64,000 nucleotides of DNA. Source: a virus. Positions 52,324-64,000 of this stretch are shown here, piece by piece. The position numbers were made by a program, and so were the translations under genes. The notes below the pieces were generated by a model. That model did no database searches. It was not told where the DNA came from and worked only from the letters and a program-made list of their open reading frames with translations. Each line of letters starts with the position of its first letter. The stretch's first letter is position 1. The stretch is from the IMG/VR virus record IMGVR_UViG_3300042197_002946, positions 32,001 through 96,000 of that record. The stretch is one strand, 5' to 3'.

Positions 52324-55300
52324 ATGCAAGAAATTATCGTCAATACATGTGAATGCCCGTTCGAAGTAGCGGCAATAATAGATTTAGCAGATCTGGTTCC
52401 TGGCACAGTTTATAAATATAAGCTAGGACTGATGAATACCGGAAATGCTATTTTTCACCCTCCAGAGGGAGAATTTCTGGCCGATAGCTCTACGGACACA
52501 CTTAATGTTACCATTTATCTAAAGGATAATCCTAATAACTATTATTTAGTTAATGTAGAATTATTTGATCCATTTTATGGTAATGTTCGTAGACAGGTGG
52601 TTTGTATTAAAAATTCTGGATCTCCTAATTGCTCGGCTATGCAATGTACTCCTACGCCGACCCCAACCCCCACAAGATACCCATATAAAATTGATAGACA
52701 TTTAGATATATCTAATTATAAGATTAGTTCATCAGATAATAAGTTATTCGGAGCATATCGATCTACTATTTCTGTCAGAGACTGGGTAGAATTCTTAAAT
52801 AGCGTAGCTCAGTATGATGATATTAATACTTTGTGGAAGCCACAAATGCAGGCCGATATTCAATGTGGTATCAAGCGCACATACGATGGCTTTTTTTATG
52901 TATACACTATAGATGGTTGTGACGTTGATGAATCTGGTTGCTATTCTAATGATTCAGAACATGCTAATAGAACCATAAGTTATGTGAGTTGGAGTGATCT
53001 TGCTCGTTATGCCAACTGGATACATAATGGTAAGCCTAAAGGACGGCAAGGACCAGAGACCACAGAAGACGGATCGTACCCACTATACGGTAATCGCTAT
53101 GCTGCCCCAGGGATTCCCTCTCATAAAGGTGCTCGCTTTTGGGTTGATACCCAAACTGTAGTACAGCAGTGTCCGGTAACTGCTACTCCTACAAATACTC
53201 CAACTCCGTCTGTCACCATTGGATTAACTCCTACTGCTACTCCTACCATGACGGCAACAAGAACACCAACACCCAGCATAACTCCGCCACCTCCTTCTGC
53301 AACCCCTACTACCACACTTACTGCAACTCCCACAACAACTACCACCTTAACTGCAACGCCTACGCCCACACCAACAAACTTACCAGTTGGTTTGAGTATC
53401 TCTTCACAGCCCGATCCTGATGTGTTTACAGCAATAGGTATTAATCAAACACTGTCTGTAACAGCAGTTGCTGTTCCTAATAATATTACAATATTGTATC
53501 AGTGGCAAAGAAGTACTGACGGCGGCTCATCATGGTCAAATATTGGAGGTGCTGTTAGTAGTTCATACACTATAAACAATCCTCAGTTAAGCAATAACGG
53601 TGATCAGTATAGGGTATTGGTTAGTGGTAGTGCTCCTGTAGGATTTAATAATCCCACGCCGATTACAAGTGAGGTTTCCGTTTTATCTGTTACACAATCT
53701 CAAATATTCATCACAACACAACCAGCTAATGTTACTACCGCTGGTACTACAGCATCTTTTACGGTAGAAGCCCAAATTGATCCTGACTATTGTTCTCTGT
53801 CTTATCAATGGCAAAGAAGTACTGATGCCGGATCGACATTTAATAATATAGCCGGGGCTACATCGTCATCTTTATCTTTAACAGATCTTACCACGGTTAA
53901 TAGTGGTTATGTTTACAGGGTGCTAGTTTCTGGTACTGGTGGAGCTGAGAATGTAACTAGCTCTACAGCAGTTTTAGTAGTCAATGCTCCAGAGATCTCC
54001 ATATTGTCTCATCCCACTCTAACTACTTCTGTTAATGCTTCGGCTTCGTTCAGTGTATCAGCTACCATTAATGATCTAGCGTCACCCTATACTTTAACTT
54101 ATTCTTGGGAAAGAAGCACAAATAATGGATTAACTTTTGAAAGTATTCCAAATTCTAATAGTTCGACTTATAATATCAATAATGTTACCAGAATTCTCAA
54201 TGGCTCTATCTATCGAGTAGTTATTAGCTCCAATGTCGGCTCTGCTCCAGTTACATCCAACGATGCTACTCTGGTTGTAAACGATAATTATGGAGGTTTG
54301 TTAGTATGGGGTTCCAATGGTAGCAATCAATTAAATTTTACAGGATCAACCACTACTCCCAGATTTACTGATAAGATTACTAACATATATCGCTCAGCAG
54401 CGCTGGGTCAAAATCATATGTTGTTGGTCAACGCTTCGGGAGTTTTAGAGGGTTATGGTGTTAATACACTAAGTCAATCTCTAGGAACCAACACCACAAA
54501 TATAGTTAAAGTTGCAACAAAATATAATCATAATTTAGCGATTAAAAAAGAAACAGTAGGATCTTCTACAATAGACAGGTTATATTCTTGGGGGGCCAAC
54601 TTATATGGTCAGTGCGGCCAAGGAACAACATCAGCATCAATAAATTCAGTAACAGCCATAACTAGCGATAGTAATTCTTATATTGATATTGCTACCGGAG
54701 AAAATCATAGTTTAGCTGTTAGATCCAATGGTATGATGGTAGCTTGTGGGAGAAATGACTTTGGTCAATTAGGCTTAGGCAATACTAATAATCAAACGTC
54801 TTTTGTTACTGTGAGTGGCAATATATCTAGTGTTGCTTGTGGGCAATCTCATTCTGCTGCTATTGCTACTGATGGTAAATTGTATACATGGGGCAATAAT
54901 GGGGTTGGCCAATTAGGTCGAGACCCATCAGTCAGTCCCACAGATACTAATCCAATTGCTGTAAGTGGTTCATCATGGGTCAAAGTTGTTTGTGGCCAGA
55001 ATTTCACAGCAGCATTAAACAATAGCAACGAGGTATACACATGGGGAGATAATACTGTAGGACAATTGGGTAGGAGCGCCTTGGGATCATCTGCTTATAC
55101 TCCAACTAAAATTAGTGGAGTATGGAATGATATTAGCGCTGGCAATTTGCATATGATAGGAATACAAACAGATGGCACTTTATGGGCTTGGGGATCTAAT
55201 GTACAATCTCAAGTAGGAGATGGTACCTCTGTTAATAAAACATCTCCGGTACAGATTGGAGCATATCCTGATAATCAGTGGGAAAGAGTGTTTGCTGGAG

Positions 55301-56874
55301 GAAATAGTTCGGCGGCCACTAGATCAGGAGCAGTTATTGTTATAACATCTCAACCAGCCAACATTGTTGAGTCCAATGATGGTTCTGCTTCTTTCACGAT
55401 TACTGCTACTATTACTGGTGGAGGATTATTATCATATCAGTGGCAAAGAAGCGTTGATGCTGGGCTAACGTTCTCTAATATTGCTGGAGCAACAAACTCA
55501 ACACTTAGTCTTACCGGACTTAATAATAGTTTTGATAACTATAGATATCGTTGTTTAATTACGGGTACCGAAGGTGCATATCCAGTAACATCATCTGCTG
55601 CCGTACTCATCGAAAAGAGTGCTTCAGTATACTTTAGGGGCTTCCAAGCTGCTGATGGGGCAATACCATATAGCATTGGTTCACCTTGGGTTGAGTGGAA
55701 CGTTGCTAATGACTCATGGAACTATAATTCCACCTCTGTGCGTAGATCCGGGAGCGCCTCTGATGTATTTGCTAAGAATAGCGGAACAACCTTAAAACAA
55801 GTAGTAAGATGTGGCCCTTCGACAGTCGCATTCTTATCTTCTGACGGGAGGGTTTGGGTCACAACAACTGGCAACCAATATAACATTTTAACCGCAAGCT
55901 ATAGTTTCGTAGCAACTATCAACAATCCAGCCGGGGAGACTATAGTAAAACTAATTGGTAACTATGGCATTTATAGCAGTGCTAGCATATTTGGTAGGGC
56001 TTTTTTATGGGGAATAAGCGCTAGTGGTAAACTATACGGAATTACCTCCCAATGGCCAGGATCGACTTCGGGATGGAACAGAATAGGTAATGATCTGGTA
56101 GTTACTGATGCTGCTGCTTGTCAATATAATGGAACGCATTATCCAACTGTATATGCTATTTCTGCTATTGATGGAACTTTGTGGGCATGGGGAGACAATA
56201 GGCTAATAAACAGCACAACAACGCCTTCTGCTATACAAAATGCTACAACTCAGCCAGTTAGAGTAAGTACTGATACATGGTCAGCTGTAGCGGGTAATAT
56301 TGGAGGCTTCTTTGGTATCAAGAGTGATGGTGCGGTGTATCGTATAGTAGGACAATGGGGTGGAGGAACAGTGAGCGGACGTAATGGTAGCAATACTACC
56401 TCTTTTAATAGCGGAACCCTTGGACTGACTAGCAATACTGTTGTGCCAGTATTAGTAGATAATAGTGTTGCTTATAGCAAGTTAGCTGCTAATAATAGTC
56501 TATTGATTGGCTATGATGTTAATAATAAATTACATATTAATCCTAATTTTAATGTTGCAAGAGATCTGCCAGTTGGTTGGAATAATATTAGCGATATTTT
56601 ATTAGGAACAAATACGGCTACCACTCAAGGAGCAGTTATATTAACAGACAATTATACCAGTAACACAAATATTGCCATGATGCTCACTATTGCAACCTTA
56701 ACATCTTCCGCCACATACTACCAGTATGGTGCCAATAATGCCAACATTTTATGGACCTCAAATACAACAACACCTTGGGGCAACGGAACAACAGCACCAG
56801 TAAATGTTAGAGCAGAATTTAAAAATGTAATTCCAGACTTTCCAGGTTACTGGCTAGCCATAAAGGATGACTAA
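52324..56874 (+). CDS. Adhesin-like protein: partial FGE-sulfatase/C-type-lectin-fold domain, Pro/Thr tract, four Ig domains, RCC1 repeats
   Basis: EFLNSVA...[19 protein letters not shown]...TEDGSY; four Y(Q/S)W(Q/E)RS...YR Ig units (~53390-54280, 55335-55610); RCC1 repeats 54290-55320. Confidence 0.8.
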   Translation: MQEIIVNTCECPFEVAAIIDLADLVPGTVYKYKLGLMNTGNAIFHPPEGEFLADSSTDTLNVTIYLKDNPNNYYLVNVELFDPFYGNVRRQVVCIKNSGSPNCSAMQCTPTPTPTPTRYPYKIDRHLDISNYKISSSDNKLFGAYRSTISVRDWVEFLNSVAQYDDINTLWKPQMQADIQCGIKRTYDGFFYVYTIDGCDVDESGCYSNDSEHANRTISYVSWSDLARYANWIHNGKPKGRQGPETTEDGSYPLYGNRYAAPGIPSHKGARFWVDTQTVVQQCPVTATPTNTPTPSVTIGLTPTATPTMTATRTPTPSITPPPPSATPTTTLTATPTTTTTLTATPTPTPTNLPVGLSISSQPDPDVFTAIGINQTLSVTAVAVPNNITILYQWQRSTDGGSSWSNIGGAVSSSYTINNPQLSNNGDQYRVLVSGSAPVGFNNPTPITSEVSVLSVTQSQIFITTQPANVTTAGTTASFTVEAQIDPDYCSLSYQWQRSTDAGSTFNNIAGATSSSLSLTDLTTVNSGYVYRVLVSGTGGAENVTSSTAVLVVNAPEISILSHPTLTTSVNASASFSVSATINDLASPYTLTYSWERSTNNGLTFESIPNSNSSTYNINNVTRILNGSIYRVVISSNVGSAPVTSNDATLVVNDNYGGLLVWGSNGSNQLNFTGSTTTPRFTDKITNIYRSAALGQNHMLLVNASGVLEGYGVNTLSQSLGTNTTNIVKVATKYNHNLAIKKETVGSSTIDRLYSWGANLYGQCGQGTTSASINSVTAITSDSNSYIDIATGENHSLAVRSNGMMVACGRNDFGQLGLGNTNNQTSFVTVSGNISSVACGQSHSAAIATDGKLYTWGNNGVGQLGRDPSVSPTDTNPIAVSGSSWVKVVCGQNFTAALNNSNEVYTWGDNTVGQLGRSALGSSAYTPTKISGVWNDISAGNLHMIGIQTDGTLWAWGSNVQSQVGDGTSVNKTSPVQIGAYPDNQWERVFAGGNSSAATRSGAVIVITSQPANIVESNDGSASFTITATITGGGLLSYQWQRSVDAGLTFSNIAGATNSTLSLTGLNNSFDNYRYRCLITGTEGAYPVTSSAAVLIEKSASVYFRGFQAADGAIPYSIGSPWVEWNVANDSWNYNSTSVRRSGSASDVFAKNSGTTLKQVVRCGPSTVAFLSSDGRVWVTTTGNQYNILTASYSFVATINNPAGETIVKLIGNYGIYSSASIFGRAFLWGISASGKLYGITSQWPGSTSGWNRIGNDLVVTDAAACQYNGTHYPTVYAISAIDGTLWAWGDNRLINSTTTPSAIQNATTQPVRVSTDTWSAVAGNIGGFFGIKSDGAVYRIVGQWGGGTVSGRNGSNTTSFNSGTLGLTSNTVVPVLVDNSVAYSKLAANNSLLIGYDVNNKLHINPNFNVARDLPVGWNNISDILLGTNTATTQGAVILTDNYTSNTNIAMMLTIATLTSSATYYQYGANNANILWTSNTTTPWGNGTTAPVNVRAEFKNVIPDFPGYWLAIKDD

Positions 56875-59800
56875 TGAGAATAGCAGTAAATTATAATGAT
56901 CTTATACAATATCCATTAACTATTTATAGAGTTGGTGGAGAATTTACACTAAGAAATGTATCTAATGGTACATTAATTACTCTACCTATAGGATACTCAG
57001 ATAATTTATCTATTTCTAGTCCTATACTGGTTGGTACCGTAGAAGACACATTTAATAATTTTACATATTCCTACGAAGATATTATTGAAAAAGCTCAATT
57101 TGAGCATCCTGGCTATACTCAATTAGTATATGCTAGCTTAGAGTTGGTAATGTTAGATGCTTACTATAAGGTTGTTGCTTATTTAACAACCAATAATACC
57201 GGAGCATATGCTCCCACACTTATAGGTCCAGGATATCGTGCAACCATCGAATTCGGTAACTTACCACAGATAGATAGCTGTTATGGTCCTGATGACTATT
57301 GGGTAATAGGAAAAAAAGATGACAGTAGTGTTTTTAATAATATTACGCCATATTCGGTTATAGAACCTGTTTTATTGGTTACGCCCACGCCCACTCCCAG
57401 TGCTACCCCCACACTAACGCCAACGATTACACAAACCACAACACCTACTTTAACTGCTACTAGTACTCAGACTCCTACGCGAACTCCGGGACCTACCAGA
57501 TCTCCTACAACAACACCGACAGCATCTATTACTCCAACTCGCACTCAAACCACAACGCCCACATCTACTAGTACAGTTACTCCCACCCCAACTACTACAA
57601 CTACATTAACTCAGTCCAGCACCCCGACTCTCACACCAACGCCAACATCCACAACCACACTTACTGCAACACAAACTACCACACCAACACCGACTACCAC
57701 ACCCACATTAACTCCTAGTTTAACTGCTACATCTACTCCTACTCCTAGTATTACCACTACTCACACACCCACACAAACTCGTACACCTACTGTTACTCCC
57801 ACTCCAACAGCATTAGAATCTAACGTACTAGTATGGGGAGATAATTCTTATAGTCAATTAGGTATGGGGTATTTGCTCAACGATAGGTTTATTGATCCTC
57901 CACGCTTAGGAGAACAAACTAATAATAGACTAGCCAACTATCAGAATATTTTGAATTATAGAGAAGACGGCACAGATAGTGTTGTTTATTTTAATGCAGT
58001 ATCCGCGGGTTCTAATTTTAGCGTAGGCATAGATGTCAGCGGTTCTTTGCATAGCGTTGGGGTTAATGCATGGGGGCAATTAGGATTAGGTAACTTTGAA
58101 AGCAAATCAATGTTTACTCGTATCTCCGACCCTTCACTTAATGGTGTAGTATTCAAACAAATTAGTTTAGGTAATATGCACGCCATAGCATTAGATTCTG
58201 ATGGTAATGCATGGTCATGGGGTCGTAATTCCGATGGTCAATTAGGTAATCATTATTTACCAAGACCAATTAACTCTATGACTACTATTGATTCGGATAT
58301 TAATTTGTATGATTTTGTAATCAGCTACGATGTAACAGATGAGTTTTCATTAAATGACGAAGTTCTGATTGATTATTATAGCGGATCCATACATAAAACT
58401 AGTGTTGGTAGAGTATGGACATCTCCTACCTTCAGCAATAATGAAACAACGATTAGAGTACAGTGGGAAAATTATGAATCTATAGATTTCAGTATAGTCC
58501 CTACATTATTATCAAAAACCAAAGTAGATATTGATCCTGGTTTATTGGCCAACCCTACTCCTAGAAAAATATATGCTTATAAAGAATACAGATATTGCAT
58601 AGATAATGATACTGTATTTTTTGCTACTCCAACACCCACACCCACCGTTAGTTACACTACAACAACCACCCCCACCATAACAGCAACGACTACTCCGTCC
58701 ACAACCACGACGCTTACAGCTACTCCTACCAATACTTCCACCAATACTCTAACTCCAACTCCTACAGTTAGTCAATCTCCTTCACCGTCGGCATCTCCTG
58801 GTCAAACACCCACACCAACGGCCACGCCTACTTCTACAACAACTTTGACAGCTACTCCTACAGCTACTTTGACTCTTAGTGCTACTCGTACACAAACCCC
58901 CACCAATAGTCCCACGCCGTCTACAACAGTCAGTGTTACTCCAACAAGCTCAGTAACTCCCACAAATACATCGACTGTTACTCCAACGATGACGGTTACT
59001 CCGACCAAGGAAGCTTTCCCTGTGTTAACAATATATGGAGACATTAGATCTATTTTAACTAATAGCAATAAATCTACTGTCATGTTGAATGTATACGATG
59101 AAAATTCTAGTCCTGCATTGTTATATAAAGCTAAAATTCTGGATGTTGAGTGGTTATCAAATTTTGGAATAACCAAAGTTCGTATCGATCATCCAATGAT
59201 ATCAACTATTGATCCCAAAAAGATGAAATATGTTTCTATTGTTCGCTTTAATAATGGATCCTCTTACGAATACGAATCTTTTGCTAGAGTACATGCCGGA
59301 GAGTCACACTCCATGGCTCTTGATACTAATGGCCGTTTGTTTGTATGCGGTAGTAACAAGTATGGGCAGCTGGGTCTTGGTTTAATTCAAGAGCTAGACG
59401 ACGCTAGAGAACTACGCCTAGTGAATGGCAAACCAGTAGTTCGTATTGGATTAACTACAACAATGAAATTAGTGAATCCTCCTCCTGGACGAGGCTATTG
59501 TTATAATAGAGGATTTAAATGGAAAAAGATATCCTTGGGTCGTTTTCATACGCTAGCTTTAGATGCTTTAGGTCAATTATGGGTCTGGGGAGACAATGAT
59601 TTCGGACAGCTAGGCTTGGGAGACTCTACAACACTATTAGCCAAGGCTATTGTGGTACAGGAAAATTATCCTTCTATTGGAAGCATAGGAGAAAGAGACT
59701 TGCCAGATAGAGCTAATGTTGTTATTCCATATTCTCCATTACCATTTAAAATTTATGTATTGCAAGACAACTATTCTGATGTACAAAACCAAAGCATTGA

Positions 59801-60398
59801 AACAGACTATTGGTTGGATATTGCTGCAGGAGCTTATCATAATCTAGCTATTAAGAAAGAATTTTCTAGTATAACATCTTACGGTTCATTATGGGCGTGG
59901 GGCGATAATACTTTTGGTCAATTAGCTAGAGTAAATACTTCTCCCAAGATTGTAGCTACCAACGCTAACGAAATAGATATATCTCAAGTAGATTTCGGTT
60001 TTGTTAACAACGATAATAGTCGTAACTATTGGAAGAGGGTTTATGCTGGTCGTATAACATCATTTGCTTTGAAATCAACTGATGGTAAACTATATTCTTG
60101 GGGCGAAAGTAATCTAGGTCAAACCGGTAATGTTACATCTAGAGCAGCTTTAGCTAGTTCTATACGTAATATTCCATCGGTTGTGAATCTGCCAAGAATA
60201 CCTTTTGAATTACCCACCAGCGCTAGCGGCCCATGGGGTATTATTAATGTAAGCAATGATGTGGATCAAATAGATAATATTGGTATAGGACATTTGGCTA
60301 ATCATATATTAGTGATACCAAATAGATTATTTCCCACGCCAACACCGACGCCTAGTGTGACGGCATCGATCACGCCCACGCCGTCATCTAGTGGATAG
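56874..60398 (+). CDS. Adhesin-like protein with two Pro/Thr tracts and interrupted RCC1 repeats
   Basis: PT tracts 57380-57810 and 58620-59005; [61 protein letters not shown]. Confidence 0.75.
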   Translation: MRIAVNYNDLIQYPLTIYRVGGEFTLRNVSNGTLITLPIGYSDNLSISSPILVGTVEDTFNNFTYSYEDIIEKAQFEHPGYTQLVYASLELVMLDAYYKVVAYLTTNNTGAYAPTLIGPGYRATIEFGNLPQIDSCYGPDDYWVIGKKDDSSVFNNITPYSVIEPVLLVTPTPTPSATPTLTPTITQTTTPTLTATSTQTPTRTPGPTRSPTTTPTASITPTRTQTTTPTSTSTVTPTPTTTTTLTQSSTPTLTPTPTSTTTLTATQTTTPTPTTTPTLTPSLTATSTPTPSITTTHTPTQTRTPTVTPTPTALESNVLVWGDNSYSQLGMGYLLNDRFIDPPRLGEQTNNRLANYQNILNYREDGTDSVVYFNAVSAGSNFSVGIDVSGSLHSVGVNAWGQLGLGNFESKSMFTRISDPSLNGVVFKQISLGNMHAIALDSDGNAWSWGRNSDGQLGNHYLPRPINSMTTIDSDINLYDFVISYDVTDEFSLNDEVLIDYYSGSIHKTSVGRVWTSPTFSNNETTIRVQWENYESIDFSIVPTLLSKTKVDIDPGLLANPTPRKIYAYKEYRYCIDNDTVFFATPTPTPTVSYTTTTTPTITATTTPSTTTTLTATPTNTSTNTLTPTPTVSQSPSPSASPGQTPTPTATPTSTTTLTATPTATLTLSATRTQTPTNSPTPSTTVSVTPTSSVTPTNTSTVTPTMTVTPTKEAFPVLTIYGDIRSILTNSNKSTVMLNVYDENSSPALLYKAKILDVEWLSNFGITKVRIDHPMISTIDPKKMKYVSIVRFNNGSSYEYESFARVHAGESHSMALDTNGRLFVCGSNKYGQLGLGLIQELDDARELRLVNGKPVVRIGLTTTMKLVNPPPGRGYCYNRGFKWKKISLGRFHTLALDALGQLWVWGDNDFGQLGLGDSTTLLAKAIVVQENYPSIGSIGERDLPDRANVVIPYSPLPFKIYVLQDNYSDVQNQSIETDYWLDIAAGAYHNLAIKKEFSSITSYGSLWAWGDNTFGQLARVNTSPKIVATNANEIDISQVDFGFVNNDNSRNYWKRVYAGRITSFALKSTDGKLYSWGESNLGQTGNVTSRAALASSIRNIPSVVNLPRIPFELPTSASGPWGIINVSNDVDQIDNIGIGHLANHILVIPNRLFPTPTPTPSVTASITPTPSSSG

Positions 60399-60433
60399 TA
60401 TATAATTTACAAATTATTATATAGGATATAATT

Positions 60434-62500
60434 ATGGGAGTAAAGATATGGTATGATGGAGTAGATCTGAGTAAGTTCGGACCTACACCATTTATCAACA
60501 TGAGTAAAACAACCAATAGAGATAGTGCTAATGTACATATCTTATCAGAGACTATTAATATTACCATAGAGGGTAAAATCACTGCTTATAAAAAAGGAGT
60601 AAGTGAAGCGAGCCATAAGCCAGGAATAGATCGATTATTAGAAGATGAAAAACAATTACGTCATTTATTTAGTAGAGATGGGGTTTTGGTGGTCTCGTGC
60701 GCTCCTGATAATACAACTCAAACTTTTGCTACCGCTTTTTCTGCTGGAAAATTTGGATTTAATTGGGATGACCAAGTTCGTTCTGCTACTGGTGCTATTG
60801 GCAAAGGTTTAGTATGCAAGGTTACCAACTATCAAATATCTAAAACAGAAGACAATTGGGTACAGAGTATTGATTATTCTATTGAATTACAATGTAGTCA
60901 TTCTAAAAACGCCACTCTACCACATGCTCTCAGCTATACTATTAGTAGTTATAGTGACGAATGGACGATAGAGCCAATAGAAGACACTTCTTACTATCAT
61001 TTACAAGTACTCAACAATAACCCTAATACTGCCACATCCGCACCTAATTGGCCAGCAGGAGTTAATAAATTGGATAATTTAATTCAGTTTAGAATAAGTC
61101 ATAGATTAAGTGCTCAGGGCTTGTCTGCTCCTACTGGACAATATTCGGCCGGAAATGCTCCTGGTTCGACTAGCAACCACAACGAATCTGCCTGGTATAA
61201 TGCAAAAAGATTTATCGAAGAACATTTAAAAATGCCCCATAATAATATTAATCATGTATTTTTGGCATATAACAATGGAGGATTTGGTCAACATAGCTAT
61301 ACTACAGAGGGAAATGTTACAGGTGGCAAATCGCAAGCTGAAGAAATATATTTATATAATCATGTAAGAGCTGTAAATGTAAGCGAATCTAACGGAACTT
61401 ATGACTTAACAGATACGTGGTTAGCGCTAAGTAAGCCAACACACTATTTAGAAGATTATAGTGTTGAGGTTACGCAAGACACTAATTTTAATGTTACTGC
61501 TAGAATTAATGGTAGTGTACAAGGATTGGAAATTAAAAAAGCAGGATATCAACAGGGAGCACCTATGGGACAGACAACTAATCATAATGGCTATAATGGT
61601 AGCACTACATTAGGATTAGATTTTAGTAAAATTGATTTACAAAACATGAATGAGGGTGCTATCTATGCAACTAAATATACTAATGCTTTGGAAGCTTGGA
61701 GAAATTATGTGGAACCATTATTATATGCTAGAACTAATAGTTTAGCTATGTATATGGTTCAGGGGCATACTACGACTGTTCCTGCTGGTAGTAATGATAT
61801 AGGTAATACAAAGACCCCATTGGCAAGGAGCGTATGGAATGGAGCTACTGCTGCGGTGACTGATGGAGGTACCTTTCAGATTAGATATCCTCAGAATAAT
61901 GCTGGTACGTGTGATTATATAGACAAAAAAGAAAATATTATTCTAGATACGCGATTTGTTAATAAAACTATAGGTAGCGATCCTAGTCGAGGCACCATAA
62001 CATATAGTTGTGAATTTAATAATAGACGAGGAGCTAACCAGCTCAAAGGAGCTACTATTTTATCTATGAGTATCCAAGACAGTAAACCGGCTGATGTTGT
62101 GGCAGAAATGTTTGTGTTAGGACGCAAAAGAGGGCCAATATTACAAGATACAGGAAGTAAAACAGCCAAAACACGACAAGTAAGTATTGAAGTACAAACA
62201 CCAATACCAAGAAATATGGCAGAATTTGATATGAGATATAGTGCTTGTCCAATGTGGACAGGAGGTATTGTTTATAAAGATCTTATGAATATTATAGATA
62301 TGTTAAGACCAGTATTACCGGATACATGGACCCCTGTTAAATTAGAGGAACTAGCAGCAAAAGAGGCTGCTGCCGGTAGGTCTATTGCTTTGATTAATGG
62401 CTCGTATGCCGGACAGGTGTATATTAAATCAGACGATGAAACATGGAACCCAATTGAAGGACGTTTTTCCAAGAATATTACTTGGGTTTATGATGCTTAA
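60434..62500 (+). CDS. Putative distal tail/baseplate protein
   Basis: Repeated beta-rich tube/Dit-like segments (TITIEGKI, YSIEL, GTITYSCEF); directly precedes the hub-like gene. Largely positional. Confidence 0.45.
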   Translation: MGVKIWYDGVDLSKFGPTPFINMSKTTNRDSANVHILSETINITIEGKITAYKKGVSEASHKPGIDRLLEDEKQLRHLFSRDGVLVVSCAPDNTTQTFATAFSAGKFGFNWDDQVRSATGAIGKGLVCKVTNYQISKTEDNWVQSIDYSIELQCSHSKNATLPHALSYTISSYSDEWTIEPIEDTSYYHLQVLNNNPNTATSAPNWPAGVNKLDNLIQFRISHRLSAQGLSAPTGQYSAGNAPGSTSNHNESAWYNAKRFIEEHLKMPHNNINHVFLAYNNGGFGQHSYTTEGNVTGGKSQAEEIYLYNHVRAVNVSESNGTYDLTDTWLALSKPTHYLEDYSVEVTQDTNFNVTARINGSVQGLEIKKAGYQQGAPMGQTTNHNGYNGSTTLGLDFSKIDLQNMNEGAIYATKYTNALEAWRNYVEPLLYARTNSLAMYMVQGHTTTVPAGSNDIGNTKTPLARSVWNGATAAVTDGGTFQIRYPQNNAGTCDYIDKKENIILDTRFVNKTIGSDPSRGTITYSCEFNNRRGANQLKGATILSMSIQDSKPADVVAEMFVLGRKRGPILQDTGSKTAKTRQVSIEVQTPIPRNMAEFDMRYSACPMWTGGIVYKDLMNIIDMLRPVLPDTWTPVKLEELAAKEAAAGRSIALINGSYAGQVYIKSDDETWNPIEGRFSKNITWVYDA

Positions 62501-62514
62501 TAAAAGGACAAGAC

Positions 62515-64000
62515 ATGACCTATGTGCCTCCGCCAGATCCTCAGTGTAGCCCTGTTCCTTTAGGGGTACAACAGCCAGGACCTAATAACAATTATAGAAC
62601 ACATATTAGTAATTTTATGGCACCAGAAGGTGTTGATCGGGTAACTCCTACGAAAACACCTGCCGTCCCCGCTCCTACGCCTACGCCAGGATCGCGCACT
62701 GCTCTAAATTTATGGGGTAATAATCCTAAACCACCTATTGTTACTAAAACAGCAACTCAGACAGCTACTGCTTCTAATCCTATTAATCCTGTTGATGATC
62801 CAGCATCTATTGTTCCGCGAGGCAATATTGATACTGGCTTAGCTCTACCTAGTAATATATATGGGCCATATCCTCAAACTTTATTTTTAGGATGCAGCGT
62901 GGCTAGTTTTAATGTGAGTTTAGGTTGGGGTAATCAACCATCCCAACTATCTGTAACACTGGTAGAAGACCCAAGTCCTCATTATACGATGACATACGAT
63001 GGTGGCATATACCGTACAGCAGCAATAGCTCAGCAGTCTTCCGTAAATCACTACTATCAAACACTAAAACCATTAAGAAATGCTCAAGGAGTAGTCATAG
63101 AAGATGCTAAGGCTTATAAAACTAGAATAGCTTCTTTTTTAGACACAAATGGAAATGTAATAATTCCTGGCAAATTATTTTATCATTATAATACTACTTT
63201 AGGAAAAATCGAACAAAAATATTGGTTAGGACCAGACCCAGGATTTATCGGTGGTCGTAATAAATTTCGTCGTGAAAACAGAGTAGTTACTGGTACAGAT
63301 CCTATCACTGGTCAAACAAATGTTGAACTTGGCGAAACTGTGGATATTATAGGATGTCCAGTATACTTTCAATTAGATGACTTCGTTTTTTGTGGCATTA
63401 TTAAATCATGGAAGAGTATTAATTCTGGAACAGGTGGACGATCTTATACCGTAGATATAGAAGGTGCTAATGATATTGTTAATCAAGCTCAATTAATACT
63501 TAGTAATTATGCTGGTGGAGTATTTGTAAAAAGCAATGATTCTCCACCTGCAGATGGAGATAGTAGACCCGCTATATCTGGACCATCTAACGATTTTTGG
63601 AATAGTGACGTAGATTTGGATACAGCTTTTCAGGGAAATGTGGGCTTGGATGGCAATATTCCTAATATTATAAATATATATGGCTTTTTGGAGGCTATGG
63701 CTCCAGGGGGTTTTGGAGGAGCAAATATTAATGATAGTGGAATTAAAACTAATAGTGTGATATATGCTTTAAATTATCTATTGGGTATACCCGTCACTTC
63801 GACCAATAAACCAGGAGAAACTACTCGCAGTGTGTTTAGTCCTTTTGGAGCTTTGGTTGGTCGTAGTCCAATGAGTGCTACGCCACGAGAAACTCCGGTT
63901 GATACTTTGCCCATGGTCATTTATACTACTAGCGGAGATGTGCCCAAGGCGAGAAACTCTATTCATCCCGTTAACCTTGGTCCTACTGGTAGCGCCCTAA
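62515..64000 (+). CDS. Putative baseplate hub/tail-tip protein, N-terminal part (runs off window; not in ORF track)
   Basis: AAGGA SD at ~62504, ATG 62515, open to 64000. QTLFLGCSVASFNVSLGWGNQPSQLSVTLVED...GCPVYFQLDDFVFCGIIKSW...SYTVDIE resembles gp27/Tal-like hub N-termini. Confidence 0.6.
   Translation, partial: MTYVPPPDPQCSPVPLGVQQPGPNNNYRTHISNFMAPEGVDRVTPTKTPAVPAPTPTPGSRTALNLWGNNPKPPIVTKTATQTATASNPINPVDDPASIVPRGNIDTGLALPSNIYGPYPQTLFLGCSVASFNVSLGWGNQPSQLSVTLVEDPSPHYTMTYDGGIYRTAAIAQQSSVNHYYQTLKPLRNAQGVVIEDAKAYKTRIASFLDTNGNVIIPGKLFYHYNTTLGKIEQKYWLGPDPGFIGGRNKFRRENRVVTGTDPITGQTNVELGETVDIIGCPVYFQLDDFVFCGIIKSWKSINSGTGGRSYTVDIEGANDIVNQAQLILSNYAGGVFVKSNDSPPADGDSRPAISGPSNDFWNSDVDLDTAFQGNVGLDGNIPNIINIYGFLEAMAPGGFGGANINDSGIKTNSVIYALNYLLGIPVTSTNKPGETTRSVFSPFGALVGRSPMSATPRETPVDTLPMVIYTTSGDVPKARNSIHPVNLGPTGSAL

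Noticed and set aside
52324-56874. Diversity-generating retroelement target (lectin-fold domain)
   Set aside because: The C-terminal variable-region half of the fold is missing; no reverse transcriptase or TR/VR pair seen in the window.
36900-60390. Pro/Thr DNA repeats as CRISPR-like or non-coding arrays
   Set aside because: Degenerate at third codon positions, in frame, with no fixed repeat-spacer period.
1-64000. Stop-codon reassignment as in some large phages
   Set aside because: Very long ORFs are intact in the standard code; TAA, TAG and TGA all end genes followed by plausible starts.
1-64000. Eukaryotic virus (NCLDV) origin suggested by collagen, RCC1 and mucin-like repeats
   Set aside because: Tube-chaperone-TMP synteny, SD sites, overlapping start/stop codons and intrinsic terminators indicate a bacteriophage.

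Overview
AT-rich (roughly 35-38% GC by eye), densely coding, entirely + strand segment of a large tailed dsDNA phage (jumbo-phage-like) virion morphogenesis region, in the standard genetic code. Order: two RgpF-like (rhamnan-synthesis F) glycosyltransferases interleaved with small virion proteins; putative head-closure, neck and tail-terminator genes; major tail tube; two paralogous chaperone-like genes; a 5,937-aa tape-measure protein (TMP); ~33 kb of fibre/adhesin-like genes (YadA-like beta-roll, Ig, RCC1, discoidin, Calx-beta, FGE-lectin fragment, mucin-like Pro/Thr tracts); then putative distal-tail and baseplate-hub genes, the last cut by the window edge. No sheath gene lies next to the tube, suggesting a non-contractile tail. 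Main finding: the TMP reads as a polyprotein. Recognisable enzyme domains (SNase nuclease, HExxH zincin, ADP-ribosyltransferase, P-loop kinase, (H/T)xGH nucleotidyltransferase, HAD phosphatase, probable PD-(D/E)xK nuclease, pre-toxin-TG-like segment) are bracketed in blocks by recurring hydrophobic-x-x-G-G motifs and 'DxVPAMLxPGEFV' cassettes. This suggests a processed, tail-delivered effector cargo system. A second candidate system is phage-encoded glycosylation of mucin-like virion appendages. All domain calls are motif recognition by eye; no searches were run.
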